Shown in pieces: positions 63,630-64,000 of a DNA stretch of 64,000 nucleotides. Position numbers and translations under genes: made by a program. The notes below the pieces were generated by a model. The model saw nothing but the letters and a program-made list of their open reading frames with translations. It was not told the origin of the DNA and ran no database searches. The number at the start of each line of letters is the position of its first letter. Position 1 is the stretch's first letter. The DNA lies in IMG/VR virus record IMGVR_UViG_3300021404_000006, positions 1-64,000 of that record; one strand, 5' to 3'. This DNA comes from a virus.

Positions 63630-64000
63630 GGGACCCGCTAAGGTACCACCGTGGTCACAAGGACAAGCACGGAACGTTCGGCAATGACACGTTCGGGCGG
63701 GTAGCGGAAAAGGTAGCCCGGTTCCTGGGCACCCCGAAGTTCATCGGCATCCAGACGGCCATCGTAATCTGCTGGATTATCCTCAATGTGACTGCCGTGG
63801 TGCATCACTGGGACCCGTACCCGTTCATCCTGCTCAACCTCACGTTTTCTACCCAGTCCGCTTACGCCGCGCCCATGATCCTGCTCGCGCAGACACGGCA
63901 GGCTGACCGCGACAAGGCCAGCGAGGAAGCAGACGCCCGCCACCGCGAGGAACTGGCCCTCAGCCAGAGCCAGCAGCTCAAGGTCAACCTGGACCTGACT
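63626..64000 (+). CDS. DUF1003 family membrane protein (partial, runs off window)
   Basis: ARFLGT, WDPYPFILLNL, YAAPMILLAQ.RQ..RD. Confidence 0.88.
   Translation, partial: MRDPLRYHRGHKDKHGTFGNDTFGRVAEKVARFLGTPKFIGIQTAIVICWIILNVTAVVHHWDPYPFILLNLTFSTQSAYAAPMILLAQTRQADRDKASEEADARHREELALSQSQQLKVNLDLT

Noticed and set aside
1-64000. Alternative genetic code, integrase or endolysin
   Set aside because: Known genes read intact in code 11 with no suppressor tRNA; no integrase or clear endolysin motif lies in this window

Overview
About 64 kb of a large, GC-rich tailed (siphovirus-like, HK97-fold) bacteriophage or prophage. An SsgA-like gene, ThyX, an SLT-bearing tape measure and many leaderless -10 promoters point to a filamentous actinomycete host. 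Layout: a 12-bp tandem repeat and AT-rich control region (1-800); secreted accessory genes; an RNA array at 3.7-10.3 kb; a reverse-strand terminase block; nucleotide-metabolism genes; portal, protease and capsid; a glycan-synthesis cassette (GT-B-like, GT2, RGP/GT75 mutase-like, RmlB-like, methyltransferase, plus a CgeB-like GT in the tail region); Ser/Thr/Gly-rich virion proteins; the tail module; and a right-hand block with HNH, XRE, GGQ release-factor-like, SsgA, ThyX, a methylase and a RuvC-like gene. The RNA array holds 36 tRNAs covering all 20 amino acids, a circularly permuted tRNA-like Y RNA (YrlA-type), an 80-nt tmRNA-like RNA with the alanyl tRNA-like domain but no mRNA-like domain, and about ten self-contained structured non-tRNA elements. 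The most interesting signals are the mini-tmRNA with the GGQ hydrolase and Y RNA (a possible phage ribosome-rescue/RNA-quality module), the unannotated structured RNAs between tRNAs, and the putative virion-glycosylation pathway. All calls come from manual reading and motif recognition; no searches or folding programs were run, and RNA coordinates may be off by a few nt.
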